Assembly: GCA_050950765.1 (NCBI GenBank)
Contig: JBMNIF010000002.1
Coordinates: 1,024,001-1,088,000, forward strand
DNA: 64,000 bases
Source: Bdellovibrionota bacterium
GTDB lineage: Bacteria > Bdellovibrionota_C > UBA2361 > JAAYZI01
Reading direction: 5' to 3'
Both the position numbers and the translations under genes were made by a program. This document shows positions 20,301 through 29,840 of this stretch, one piece after another. The notes under the pieces are model-generated. The model was not told the origin of the DNA and did not search any database. It saw only the letters and a list, made by a program, of their open reading frames with translations. Positions within the stretch are counted from its first letter, which is position 1, and every line of letters starts with the position of its first letter.

Positions 20301-21484
20301 AACGTCACGCCTTAGTTTATGGCGCTCGTTTGAGGGTAAAAGAGGGCGATCTCGTTGAAGCTGGTCAATTACTGACTGAATGGGATCCGTTTACTGTGCC
20401 GATCTTGAGTGAAGTTGCTGGTCGTGTTGAGTGGGTCGATATCAATGAACAAACTATGGAAGAGAGAACTGATGAAAGAACAGGTTTCTCAGAACGTGAA
20501 ATAGTTCAGAGTAAAGATCGCAGCACTGATTGGCGGCCACGAGTTGTTATTTACGGAGAGAATGGTGAAGTTAAGGTGTATAACTTACCGGTTGGTATAC
20601 GTGTTGTTGTTGAACACAATTCGGATATCGATGCTGGTGATGTTGTCGCTAAACGTGAACGTGCTACGACGAAGACAAAAGATATTACAGGTGGTTTGCC
20701 ACGTGTAGTAGAGCTTTTCGAAGCTAGAAAGCCGAAAGATCCAGCGCATGTGGCTGATGTAGATGGTGTGGTAAGTTTTGGTGAAGACTCTCGTGGTAAA
20801 CGAAGATTGATTATTACACCTGAATACGGTGATCCTGTTGAGATCCTAATCGCCAAGAATAAGCATATCGCTGTTCAGGAAGGGGATGTTATTAAAGCAG
20901 GTGAAGCGTTAACTGATGGTGCTGAAAATCCGCATGATATCTTGCGCATCAAAGGTATAAAGACCTTAGCGGCTTATCTGGTGAATGAAGTTCAGCAGAT
21001 TTATAGACTGCAAGGTGTGCGTATTGATGATAAGCATATCGAAGTTATCGTTCGACAGATGCTTAAACGTGTCAAGATCACTGATATGGGAGATACCAAG
21101 TTCTTAATCGGTGAAAATGCGGAGCGTTTTGCAGTGCTGGAAGAAAATGAAAGGGTGATTGCGCAAGGTGGTACTCCTGCGAAATATGAGTATCTATTAC
21201 TTGGTATTACTAAGGCATCTTTGGCAACGTATTCCTTTATTTCAGCGGCAAGTTTCCAAGAGACGACAAAAGTTCTTACAGAGGCTGCGGTTTCTGGTAA
21301 GGTCGATAATCTTATTGGACTTAAGGAAAATGTCATTATGGGACGTTTAATTCCTGCCGGTTCAGGTATGCATGAGTATACTGATAGAGAGATCTTAGTT
21401 GAAGGACAGGAAGAAGAGGTCGATGAACAAAAAGAGTTCCGAGTTAGTCAAACATCGTTGGAGTCTTTAGCAGGAATGCTCTAG
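17354..21484 (+). CDS. rpoC: RNA polymerase beta' subunit
   Basis: NADFDGD catalytic motif and zinc fingers. Confidence 0.99.
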   Translation: MDDIFSLFEKPKNPVRFDALKISLASPEKIRSWSFGEVTKPETINYRTLKPERDGLFCAKIFGPVKDYECICGKYKRLRHRGVVCEKCGVEVIQSKVRRERMGHIDLACPVAHIWFLKSLPSRIGTVLDITLRDLEKVLYFESYIVSDPGKTDLEFCQLLNEREYRAARDEFGDNFRAGVGAEIVLELLQKIDVDKLCIELREELKNVTSEAKKKKLAKRLKVLTSFQQSGNKPEWMILTAVPVIPPDLRPLVPLDGGRFATSDLNDLYRRVINRNNRLKRLIELQAPDIIIRNEKRMLQESVDALFDNGRRGRTITGPNKRPLKSLSDMLKGKGGRFRQNLLGKRVDYSGRSVIVCGPELRLHQCGLPKRMALELFKPFIYNKLEERGYVTTIKSAKKMVEKEKPVVWDILDEVIKEHPVLLNRAPTLHRLGIQAFEPILIEGKAIQLHPLVCFAFNADFDGDQMAVHVPLSIEAQVEARVLMMSTNNILSPQNGKPVVLPSQDIVLGLYYMTRERPFAKGTGMVFSEPEEVWMAWEADEVHIQAAIKCRIEGEIVETTVGRVLLLQLLPKDVLPFKYLNKVLKKKELSEILNESYRQAGNKATVLVADSLKNVGYHFATIAGISIGIRDLMIPASKSKILSNADAKVAEIDQQYQEGLITVGERYNKVIDIWSDVGDRIAEDMMLGISSTEFKNEETGEVKRGASFNPVYVMADSGARGSNQQIRQLAGMRGLMAKPDGSIIEQPIKANLREGLTVLQYFVSTHGARKGLADTALKTANSGYLTRRLVDVAQDSIVTMMDCGTTEGVEMAALVEGGEEIESLGNRILGRVAAEDIRDPITNEVLVPRNTGIDEKAVEAISAAGLDTVLIRSVLTCEARQGVCARCYGRDLGRGHLVNLGEAIGVIAAQSIGEPGTQLTMRTFHIGGAASGRAEQTSIEARYAGMIKMENAKLAFKHDGSSVVMNRKSQILVVDPQDGRERQRHALVYGARLRVKEGDLVEAGQLLTEWDPFTVPILSEVAGRVEWVDINEQTMEERTDERTGFSEREIVQSKDRSTDWRPRVVIYGENGEVKVYNLPVGIRVVVEHNSDIDAGDVVAKRERATTKTKDITGGLPRVVELFEARKPKDPAHVADVDGVVSFGEDSRGKRRLIITPEYGDPVEILIAKNKHIAVQEGDVIKAGEALTDGAENPHDILRIKGIKTLAAYLVNEVQQIYRLQGVRIDDKHIEVIVRQMLKRVKITDMGDTKFLIGENAERFAVLEENERVIAQGGTPAKYEYLLLGITKASLATYSFISAASFQETTKVLTEAAVSGKVDNLIGLKENVIMGRLIPAGSGMHEYTDREILVEGQEEEVDEQKEFRVSQTSLESLAGML

Positions 21485-21517
21485 GGCTTTAATTGACTAT
21501 TGATGTTCAGGTAGAGT

Positions 21518-21567
21518 AAAACCAGCTGGGAGGTGAAGAGAAGGCATCACCTTTTAGCTGGTTTTTT
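21518..21567 (+). terminator. intrinsic terminator after rpoC
   Basis: Stem AAAACCAGCTGGGAGGTGA/TCACCTTTTAGCTGGTTTT followed by a T-run. Confidence 0.8.
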
Positions 21568-21630
21568 GTATTTATTCGATTCACCTTGAGGCTTAATATT
21601 TGAATTTATATTTTAAAAAGTAATTATTTT

Positions 21631-22302
21631 ATGAAACGCACGCCATTAAAAGATCGCGTATTGCCTGGTTATACCAAAGAGGAAGAGATCTTTAATATGA
21701 CTTCGCATATTGTAGGAGGGGCGTTTGCGATTATCGCTTTAATTATGTGTATTGCGGTTGCTTCGTGGAAGCACAATGTTTGGGGGATCGTTAGTGGTGC
21801 TATTTATGGTTCCACGTTGGTTATTTTATACACGATGTCCAGTATTTATCACGGCTTAAAGAGTTCAACCGCTAAAAAAGTTTTTCAAGTAATTGATCAT
21901 TGCGCCATATTTCTTCTGATAGCAGGAACATATACCCCGATCTTACTTAATTCTTTTCGAGAAGCGCATCCAGGATTTGCATGGAGTTTATTCGGTGTTA
22001 ATTGGGGCATGGTTCTTATCGGTGTTACCCTTAACGCCATTGATATCAGTAAATATCGTAAATTATCTTTAGCGTGTTACATCGGGATGGGGTGGTGTAT
22101 AGTTGTGGCAGCTGGTCCGATGGTAAAGGTCTTTCCACCAGCAGCACTTATTTTGCTACTCTTAGGCGGAATCGTCTACACTATTGGTGCTGGATTTTAT
22201 GCTGTTGGTAGAAGAAGAAAATATATGCACTCTATCTTTCATATCTTTGTTTTAGCAGGAAGTGTTTTGCACTTTTGTTGTATTCTTCTATACGTGCTTT
22301 AA
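21631..22302 (+). CDS. hemolysin III / PAQR family membrane protein
   Basis: EEIFNMTSH, SSIYH, DHCAIFLLIAGTYTP and HSIFHIFVL; about 7 TM segments. Confidence 0.92.
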   Translation: MKRTPLKDRVLPGYTKEEEIFNMTSHIVGGAFAIIALIMCIAVASWKHNVWGIVSGAIYGSTLVILYTMSSIYHGLKSSTAKKVFQVIDHCAIFLLIAGTYTPILLNSFREAHPGFAWSLFGVNWGMVLIGVTLNAIDISKYRKLSLACYIGMGWCIVVAAGPMVKVFPPAALILLLLGGIVYTIGAGFYAVGRRRKYMHSIFHIFVLAGSVLHFCCILLYVL

Positions 22303-22443
22303 CGAAGATAGTTAATATGCTTTGCTAGGTATGATTCTTTTACTAATGGTGGCGCTGGCGCAAAGTTTTTCTTGCTGTGTAGATACTTGTTTTTTGCCGA
22401 TGTCTTACCGTTACATTGATGTCTGTGTGTTTATTGGAGGAAT

Positions 22444-24012
22444 ATGAAAAAAGCAGCCCTGATTAGTGTTTCTGATAGAAGTGGTTTGGAGAAATTTGCA
22501 AAGACCTTGTTAGAGTGTGGCTATGAACTTTTAACGACTTCGGGGAGTGGTAAGTTTTTAAAAGAGTGTGGTATCTCCAGCACTGCAATTGAGGAATATA
22601 CAGGGCAGAAAGAGATCCTTGGTGGACGTGTTAAAACGTTGCATCCTAAAATTCATGGGGGGCTTTTGGCGAAGCGTTCAGATCCTGAGCATCTGCAACA
22701 GTTGGAGGAAGGTGGTATTCCGCAGATAGAGGTTGCAGTTGTTAATCTATATCCGTTCGCAGGGGGGTTAACGGGAGAAAAGGCTGCGGATCCTGATAAG
22801 ATGGTAGAGCTGATAGATATCGGTGGCCCGACCATGATTCGAGCAGCAGCTAAAAACCATCAAAGCGTTTGGGCTGTGATAGATCCTAAAGATTATGAGG
22901 CGGTAGGGGAGTTCTTAAAAAAGAGAGAGCAAGATTCTGCGGCAGCTCTGCAATTCAGAAGAAGTTTAGCGGTCAAGGTTTTTACGCAACTGGCGCAATA
23001 TAACTTAGAGATTGCACGTTACTTTGCGCAGATTAAAAACGAACCTTATACACCTGAATGGTCTGTTGGGCAGGATGTGACGGGAATGGTGCTAACAAAA
23101 ACACAAGACCTCCGTTATGGAGAAAATCCGCATCAGAAGGGAGCGTTTTATTCTGTACTTGGTGCTGCCGATAGTGGCTGGAAACAGTTTCAAGGGAAGG
23201 AGCTCTCTTATAATAATTTAATAGATTTTGATGCAGCGTATCGTATCGTTCGGTCGCTGCCTTCAGATCAGCCAGCAGTTACTATTGTAAAGCACTTAAA
23301 TCCTTGTGGTGCAGCGTGTGGTAAAAATTTGATTGATGCTTTAACTCGGGCACGTGCTGGAGATCCGAGGAGTCATTTCGGTGGGATTATCGCTTTTAAT
23401 CGAACGGTTGATAAAGTTACGGCGGAAGCTGTGATTGATGATTTTACGGAGATAGTAGTAGCGCCGCACTTTGAAGTGGAAGCGTTGGAAGCTTTTACGA
23501 AACGGAAAAACTTGCGGGTGTTGCAGATCGATTTTGATAAGGTCAGTCGTACTGAATTTAGGAGTGTGCAAGGTGGCGTATTAGTGCAAGAGGTTGATTA
23601 TGGGGTGCATGCTATTAGTGCGGAAGATATAGTTTGTGGTGAAAAACTTTCTGAAAAGGTTATGGCAGACCTCCGTTTTGCTTGGAGTTTATGCGCTTAT
23701 ATTAAGTCTAATGCGATCTCAATTGTAAAAGATCTGATGTTGATCGGTACTGGTGGCGGGCAGATGAGTCGTATCGATGCTGCAGAGGTGGCGCTTTGGA
23801 AGGCGCGTACACATGGGCATGATTTAAAAGGTGCTGTGGCAGCTTCTGATGCTTTCTTCCCATTCACGGATTGTGTTGATGTCTTAGCTGAGGCGGGGAT
23901 CTGTGCGATTGTTGTTCCTGCTGGTGCTAAACGTGATGCAGAAGTTTTAGAAAAAGCTAAAGAACGTGGGATATCGTTAATTTTTGCGCATGAGCGTCAT
24001 TTTAGACATTAG
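22444..24012 (+). CDS. purH: bifunctional AICAR formyltransferase/IMP cyclohydrolase
   Basis: GRVKTLHP, IDIGGP, LRYGENPHQ, ASDAFFPF. Confidence 0.98.
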   Translation: MKKAALISVSDRSGLEKFAKTLLECGYELLTTSGSGKFLKECGISSTAIEEYTGQKEILGGRVKTLHPKIHGGLLAKRSDPEHLQQLEEGGIPQIEVAVVNLYPFAGGLTGEKAADPDKMVELIDIGGPTMIRAAAKNHQSVWAVIDPKDYEAVGEFLKKREQDSAAALQFRRSLAVKVFTQLAQYNLEIARYFAQIKNEPYTPEWSVGQDVTGMVLTKTQDLRYGENPHQKGAFYSVLGAADSGWKQFQGKELSYNNLIDFDAAYRIVRSLPSDQPAVTIVKHLNPCGAACGKNLIDALTRARAGDPRSHFGGIIAFNRTVDKVTAEAVIDDFTEIVVAPHFEVEALEAFTKRKNLRVLQIDFDKVSRTEFRSVQGGVLVQEVDYGVHAISAEDIVCGEKLSEKVMADLRFAWSLCAYIKSNAISIVKDLMLIGTGGGQMSRIDAAEVALWKARTHGHDLKGAVAASDAFFPFTDCVDVLAEAGICAIVVPAGAKRDAEVLEKAKERGISLIFAHERHFRH

Positions 24013-24035
24013 GATAATTATTAAATGGAGTTATA

Positions 24036-25280
24036 ATGAAAGTTTTAGTTATCGGAAAGGGTGGTAGAGAGAATGCGATCTGTTGGAAATTAAAACAATC
24101 TCCCCTTTTAACGGATCTCTTTATTGCTCCAGGGAATCCTGGCACTGCTAAACTCGGAGTGAATGTTGCGATCGAACCTTCTGATATTACGGCTTTAAAA
24201 GATTTTGCACTTAAAAATAAGATCGATCTAACCGTAGTAGGACCAGAAGATCCGTTGGTGGCGGGGATTGTTGATCACTTTCAAAGCGCTGGCTTGAAAA
24301 TTTTTGGACCGAGTAAAGTTGCTGCACAATTAGAGGGCTCTAAGGAGTTTGCTAAAGAGGTGATGTTGGCGGCAGGTGTGCCGACAGCGGAGTATGCTGT
24401 TTTTAGTGATAAGGACACTGCTCTGAAATATGCAAGAGATAAGAAAGCTCCGTTAGTTGTGAAGGCTGATGGCCTAGCTGCAGGTAAAGGGGTTTTCGTT
24501 TGTATGAAGCAGGATGAGTTGGAGGGTGCTATACCGCAAGCTTTTGATCGTTTTCATAGTTCAAAGGTTGTGATTGAGGAGTATCTGAACGGTTGTGAAG
24601 CCTCTTTTATCGTAGCTACTGATGGAAAACGGATCGTACCGCTAGCTGCTTCGCACGACTATAAACGGGTTTTTGATAATAACCGAGGGGCGAACACGGG
24701 CGGCATGGGAACGGTCTCACCGACACCGCACCTTTCAAAAGATCAAGAAGAGTGGGTGATGCAGAAGGTGATGCGCCCTATGATAGATGAGATGGCGAGA
24801 AGGGGTACGCCGTTTAGTGGTTTTCTGTATGCTGGATTGATGATTACAGATGATGGGATAAAAGTTTTAGAGTTCAATACGCGCTTAGGAGATCCGGAAA
24901 CGCAGGTTATTTTGCGTAGAATGGATGGAGATCTTTTAGCGTTGTTGAAAGCTTTTGTTGATGGTGAGGAGACACCAAAGATATCGTGTCGATCTGAAGC
25001 AGCGGTGTGTCTTGTTTTAGCAGCGCAAGGTTATCCTGAAGCGGTAAAGGTAGGTGATGAAATTAAGGGTGTAGATAAGTTTGATGGTGATGAACGTATA
25101 GTTGTTTTTCACGCCGGTACAAAAGATCAAGATGGGAAGCTTTATACTGCGGGGGGCAGGGTTTTGTGTATTACCGCAAATGGGGAAGATGTTAAAGGTG
25201 CGCGGGAAGTAGTTTATCAAGGTGTTAAGGAGATAACCTTTGAGGGGATGCATTATCGACGCGATATCGGAGGAAATTAG
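24036..25280 (+). CDS. purD: phosphoribosylamine-glycine ligase
   Basis: KADGLAAGKGV, NTGGMG, EFNTRLGDPE. Confidence 0.98.
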   Translation: MKVLVIGKGGRENAICWKLKQSPLLTDLFIAPGNPGTAKLGVNVAIEPSDITALKDFALKNKIDLTVVGPEDPLVAGIVDHFQSAGLKIFGPSKVAAQLEGSKEFAKEVMLAAGVPTAEYAVFSDKDTALKYARDKKAPLVVKADGLAAGKGVFVCMKQDELEGAIPQAFDRFHSSKVVIEEYLNGCEASFIVATDGKRIVPLAASHDYKRVFDNNRGANTGGMGTVSPTPHLSKDQEEWVMQKVMRPMIDEMARRGTPFSGFLYAGLMITDDGIKVLEFNTRLGDPETQVILRRMDGDLLALLKAFVDGEETPKISCRSEAAVCLVLAAQGYPEAVKVGDEIKGVDKFDGDERIVVFHAGTKDQDGKLYTAGGRVLCITANGEDVKGAREVVYQGVKEITFEGMHYRRDIGGN

Positions 25281-25362
25281 TTTTTTTCAGAGAAAAAGAT
25301 AAGATTTTTTCATTTGAAGCATTGGAGATAACGTCGACTCGTGTTAAAAGTACACTCTATCG

Positions 25363-25439
25363 GCACCCGTAGCTCAGCTGGATAGAGCATCCGCCTTCTA
25401 AGCGGAGGGTCAGAGGTTCGAATCCTCTCGGGTGTGCCA
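25363..25439 (+). tRNA. tRNA-Arg(TCT)
   Basis: Cloverleaf, loop CTTCTAA, 3' GCCA. Confidence 0.96.
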
Positions 25440-25440
25440 A

Positions 25441-25618
25441 GTCGGATGTGCGAAGCACCATCCGAGGTGTGTGCAAGTAGTTGACAATGGCGCCCGAGAG
25501 GGTTCGAATGTTTGCGGAGCGAGCCAGCGGGGTGAAAAAACTTAAAATTGCGAATCCTCGTCGGATGTGCGAAGCATCATCCGAGGTGTGTGCAAGTAGT
25601 TGACAATGGCGCCCGAGA
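25441..25618. repeat. 59 bp direct repeat pair downstream of tRNA-Arg
   Basis: 25441-25499 equals 25560-25618 with one mismatch. Confidence 0.92.
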
Positions 25619-25625
25619 TTAGAAA

Positions 25626-25994
25626 ATGATTAATCCGTATCTATCTCTATTATATTTTATATTAATAGTTGCTGCTTTTTTGGCAGTAATGCTTTTTCTC
25701 TGTGCTGTACTTGGTCCGAAGTATAAAACCAGAGTGAAGCACCATGTGCCGTTTGAGTGTGGCTCTATCCCCGTAGGGGATGCTTGTAATACTCGATTTG
25801 GCGTTAAGTTCTATCTTTTAGCCATGCTTTTTATCATTTTTGATGTTGGGATAGTTTTTATCTATCCGTGGGCTCTCTCTTTTAGAGAGTTGGGGGGGGC
25901 ACCGTTTATTGCGATGTTGGTTTTTATCGGTATTCTAACGGTCGGATTTATCTACATCTGGCGTAAAGGCGTGTTTGATTGGAATAAAAGATAG
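25626..25994 (+). CDS. nuoA: NADH-quinone oxidoreductase subunit A
   Basis: PFECG, KFYLLAMLFIIFDV, YPWA and YIWRKG; 3 TM segments. Confidence 0.92.
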   Translation: MINPYLSLLYFILIVAAFLAVMLFLCAVLGPKYKTRVKHHVPFECGSIPVGDACNTRFGVKFYLLAMLFIIFDVGIVFIYPWALSFRELGGAPFIAMLVFIGILTVGFIYIWRKGVFDWNKR

Positions 25995-26050
25995 CGCTAC
26001 AAGACGCTAAAATCACAATAGTTAATAGTATCAAAATATTAGCAAAAGAC

Positions 26051-26225
26051 TAGGTCTTTACGGAGGTCAAAAATTACACCCTTCAGTGGCATCAGAACGG
26101 GCTGATACTACAAAACGGGATCAGCTAGATCTGTACGGAGGTTAAAAATTACACCCTTCAGTGACATCAGAACGGGCTGCAACTGTAGAACGAATCGGTT
26201 AGGTTTTTACGGAGGTTAAGAATTT
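26051..26225 (-). repeat. ~2.3 units of the ~74 bp repeat family (inverted relative to 7591-7885)
   Basis: CGGAGGT at 26061, 26136 and 26210; the reverse complement matches the 7.6 kb unit. Confidence 0.92.
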
Positions 26226-26896
26226 TCAAGATTTTGAAAGTTTTCTGTAAATTCGTTACACGCTTCTTGCAGAAGCTCTTCTGGATTGTATCCACTTCTG
26301 TTGCAAAAAATCGCCATTTCGAAGAGGGCTTTTTTAAATATTTCTCGTGTTAAGGAGTTTTTCTCGTCAGATAATAGTGTTTTTGCAAAGTTTTTAAGGT
26401 TATCACGATCTGAAGTATCGATCTTTAGGTGTGATTTAGCAGCACGTTCTGTTATCCTGATGGTGCGGAGCAGGGCAGGTAAAGCACGAGGGATGCCATC
26501 CAACGCTCCTCGCTCTTTACGTTTAATTTCCTGCCAGTTTTTTTCAACATCTTCTGGAGTGTCTGCTAATTCATTACCGAAAACGTGTGGATGCCTACGG
26601 ATAAGTTTTTCTTTTAGATTAGTTATCACGTTAAAGATATCGAAAGCGTTAGATTCTGCTGCAATTTCACTGTGTAGAAGAACTTGCAGTAAAACATCCC
26701 CTAGCTCTTCGCAGATCTCTTCAGGAGCAGAGTCGATAGCATCAACTAATTCATACGCTTCTTCTATAACGTATTGTTTTAAAGTTTGGTGAGTTTGTAC
26801 TTTATCCCAAGGACAACCATCTTTAGGGTCTCGTAGTTTTGAGATTACATCTAATAATTCTTGGAAGGTGTTTTGATTATCGGTGTGTTTTGTCAT
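26216..26896 (-). CDS. mazG: MazG family nucleoside triphosphate pyrophosphohydrolase
   Basis: GCPWD, EEAYE, EELGDVLLQ and RRHPHVF; second domain degenerate. Confidence 0.93.
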   Translation of the reverse strand: MTKHTDNQNTFQELLDVISKLRDPKDGCPWDKVQTHQTLKQYVIEEAYELVDAIDSAPEEICEELGDVLLQVLLHSEIAAESNAFDIFNVITNLKEKLIRRHPHVFGNELADTPEDVEKNWQEIKRKERGALDGIPRALPALLRTIRITERAAKSHLKIDTSDRDNLKNFAKTLLSDEKNSLTREIFKKALFEMAIFCNRSGYNPEELLQEACNEFTENFQNLENS

Positions 26897-27980
26897 TTTT
26901 TTCTTCAGTTAAACGTTGAAAGAGATCTGTATACGCCGCGAGCGCTTTATCCGCGTTAAAACGTTCCTCGATCCATTTGATTGAATTAACGGTAAAAGTT
27001 TGTAACTTTTGTCTATCATTGTAAAGATCACTGATAGCTTCCGCTAAGGCTGTTGGGTCTTTAGGCGGGACGACTAAGCCGTTTTTCTGATGTTGTACCA
27101 ACTCCGGTAGTCCGCCGATATCTGTTACCACAGCTGGGATGCCTTGCGACATTGATTCTACAATAGATCTCGGCACCCCTTCACGACGTGTTGATGCCAT
27201 AACACTTAAGTTAAATAGCCGTGTGACTTCGACAGCATCGGGGCGAAATCCGATAAAGTGTATTTTAGAAGCGATGCCTAACTTCTGCGCCAGATCTGGA
27301 TACCGTTGGTCGTTGTTTTTTCCAACGATTATCAGATGAATCGGCAGATGTGAAAGTTTGGCAAAAGCTTTAATGATAATATCTATCCCTTTTAATTCTC
27401 GTACATTTGCTACGCATCCTACAATAAAGGCATCATTCGGGATCTTGAGATCTCCGAGTGTCGGTTTGGTGGTGCCTTGATACCACTCTGTTTTGTGCCC
27501 TTTATAAATAGTGACTAATTTATTTTGCGGCAGTCCGAAATTAAGTAGATAGTTCTTAACACCTTCGCAGTTACAAACGATCATGCGTAAGCGGGGGTGT
27601 AAGTGCGTTATCCAACAAGCAGGATCTAGGCGGCTTAGGTTCCCCATAGTGCCACGATAAACTACAACTTTTGTATTAAGCCCGTGTGTGGCAAGCATAG
27701 CTGCTGCTAAACCTTTATTGTAAGTAGTAAAAATAACATCGTAATTGTTACTGATAATCTGTTTGCGAAGTTGAAGAACTCTAGCGATGTCAAAACGGTG
27801 TAAGATGTGCATTTCACGAAGGTCGTGCGTAGCAGAGCGGAGATCTTCTTTATTCGGCTCTGCTGGATCAACTAGTAGATCAACTTTAAAGCCCGATTTT
27901 TGAGATAGCCCTTTAAAAAGACAGCGCTCTGTTCTATCAGCGATAGCGCTAATTATTAGTAGGTGTGGCGTTTTCTGCAT
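26877..27980 (-). CDS. glycosyltransferase family 4 (GT-B)
   Basis: KGID, EGVPRSIVE (EX7E), TDIGGLPE. Confidence 0.9.
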   Translation of the reverse strand: MQKTPHLLIISAIADRTERCLFKGLSQKSGFKVDLLVDPAEPNKEDLRSATHDLREMHILHRFDIARVLQLRKQIISNNYDVIFTTYNKGLAAAMLATHGLNTKVVVYRGTMGNLSRLDPACWITHLHPRLRMIVCNCEGVKNYLLNFGLPQNKLVTIYKGHKTEWYQGTTKPTLGDLKIPNDAFIVGCVANVRELKGIDIIIKAFAKLSHLPIHLIIVGKNNDQRYPDLAQKLGIASKIHFIGFRPDAVEVTRLFNLSVMASTRREGVPRSIVESMSQGIPAVVTDIGGLPELVQHQKNGLVVPPKDPTALAEAISDLYNDRQKLQTFTVNSIKWIEERFNADKALAAYTDLFQRLTEEKNDKTHR

Positions 27981-28159
27981 ATGGTGTGTTCCCTTTATTT
28001 AAAACGGAGCGTTATGCCGTAAGAAAGCGTATGTTGTCTTAGGCTGAATGTCGATACTATAAAAAGTAGAGTATTAGTATAAAAGAGGTCTGTCTACAAA
28101 ATACAGATCGGCGATATATAATTAAAAAATAGTGTAAGACTTTTAGTAAGAGGAAAAAA

Positions 28160-29560
28160 GTGAATAATGTGCCGTTACATCAGATATATTCAAATGTTAA
28201 TGCTAAAAAGCTTTTTCCTAAAAGATCGGAGATCCTTGAGGATTTAAAGCTGCATAGAAATTGCGATATCCTTATTGTTGGTGGAGGGGTGCACGGCGCA
28301 GTAATGGCGCACTTAGCAGCTTTTAATGGTTTTAGGACTGTTCTCTTAGAGATGAATGATTACGCTTCGGGAGGTTCTGCCGTTACGGATGGGTTGTTAT
28401 TTGGAGATCTAAAAACTCAAAATCCATACATAATTAGAAGAAAGATAAGATCAGCTAAGGATCTTCTTAATACAACTAAACACCTCTTACACCCTGTTAA
28501 TCTCACTCTAAAGGGGAGTCCACCCTACTTGTTTTCATTGGCTAATAAGATAGGCGGAAGGACGTTACAACAGGAGCACTTATTTGATGCTAATTTTTGC
28601 AGTACACGTTACGTTCTGGATCGTATCTTTGCAGCAAGACAGGAGGGGGCAAGGTCTCTTAATTACGCTAAGGTAACTGCTTATCACGCTAAAGCAGGAG
28701 GTGGAGTAGATGTCTCTTGGGTAGATCAATTAAGTGGGGATAAATTCAACACCTCTTGCGGAGTAATGATCAATTGTTGCGGTGTTTGGCAATCTCAACT
28801 TGGACGCATCACTCCGCAACACTCCAATAAGTTTCAGACGCTCCGTAGAGAGGTTTATACCTTTCAGAAAAAATTAGATCTCTCGCCAACCTTACTTTAT
28901 GACACGGCAGGAAGGTCTTTTACGATTAATCCGTTTGGAGAGAAAACGGTTATAAGCGCCTTTGAGAGAGAGATCTCTGATGTAACAAAAGATGTAAAAA
29001 GAGATGAGGAGGATATTAAGAGGTGGCTTGCTGATAATGTACCGCAATTGGTGGAGATCCCTTTTTCAGTTAAGAGTGTTGATTATTTAAGACCGCGGGG
29101 ACGTGCTGCAGCACGGGGGTATTATTGGAATATAAATGGTGGTGTTTTTTCGTTAATCGGTGGAAGCTTTGTTGATGGTGTAGATATCGCTGAGGATTGT
29201 TTGCGTAAGGTCGTAACCTTGAGTGGAGTAGATAGTAAGTGCACCTCATTAAGGGGAAGGGTATTAGCAGGTGCTGCTGATTATGATGGTGCTGCTAAGG
29301 AGTTTTTAAGTGCAACAAAAGCAGCTAACATTCCGAGTATCGTTTCAAAAGCGTGTTTGGAACGGTGGGGAAGGCGCGCCTTAATGGTTTTAGATAAACC
29401 GGAGGGGTTACACCTTGTGGCAGGCAAAGTTTTAAAAGGAGAGATCGATTTGGCGGTAGAACTTGAACAAGGTGTCTATCCTGATGATGTTGTTAAAAGA
29501 CGGTTCGGATTGGATGATAATGAGATCACCTCGGAGGTTGGAAAGGTGCTTGCTAGTTGA
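28160..29560 (+). CDS. FAD-dependent oxidoreductase, divergent glycerol-3-phosphate dehydrogenase (GlpD)-like
   Basis: DILIVGGGVHG, LLEMNDYASG, INCCGVW and a GlpD-like C-terminus (DVVKRR). Confidence 0.72.
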   Translation: MNNVPLHQIYSNVNAKKLFPKRSEILEDLKLHRNCDILIVGGGVHGAVMAHLAAFNGFRTVLLEMNDYASGGSAVTDGLLFGDLKTQNPYIIRRKIRSAKDLLNTTKHLLHPVNLTLKGSPPYLFSLANKIGGRTLQQEHLFDANFCSTRYVLDRIFAARQEGARSLNYAKVTAYHAKAGGGVDVSWVDQLSGDKFNTSCGVMINCCGVWQSQLGRITPQHSNKFQTLRREVYTFQKKLDLSPTLLYDTAGRSFTINPFGEKTVISAFEREISDVTKDVKRDEEDIKRWLADNVPQLVEIPFSVKSVDYLRPRGRAAARGYYWNINGGVFSLIGGSFVDGVDIAEDCLRKVVTLSGVDSKCTSLRGRVLAGAADYDGAAKEFLSATKAANIPSIVSKACLERWGRRALMVLDKPEGLHLVAGKVLKGEIDLAVELEQGVYPDDVVKRRFGLDDNEITSEVGKVLAS

Positions 29561-29840
29561 TTAAATAAGGTGAGCGTTGCTGTTATCCTACACCTTTTTA
29601 AGCTTTAAATATTATTTCAAAAAAGAATCTTTTAGTGTTTTTATGCAGTTAGCTAGAGCAGTTACCCTTCTCCCCCTGCACTTTTTCTAAGTAGTTTTCA
29701 ACTTTTTAGGAGAGGTAGCACCGATAAATTTCGCAACTCTTAATGCAGCAGGGGAGCTTGGAGCCTTACTCTGTTTTATGTTAGGCTCTTCCGTGTTTTA
29801 ACCTCCATAATAATAGATAAATTTTTTTTGAGATATTTCT

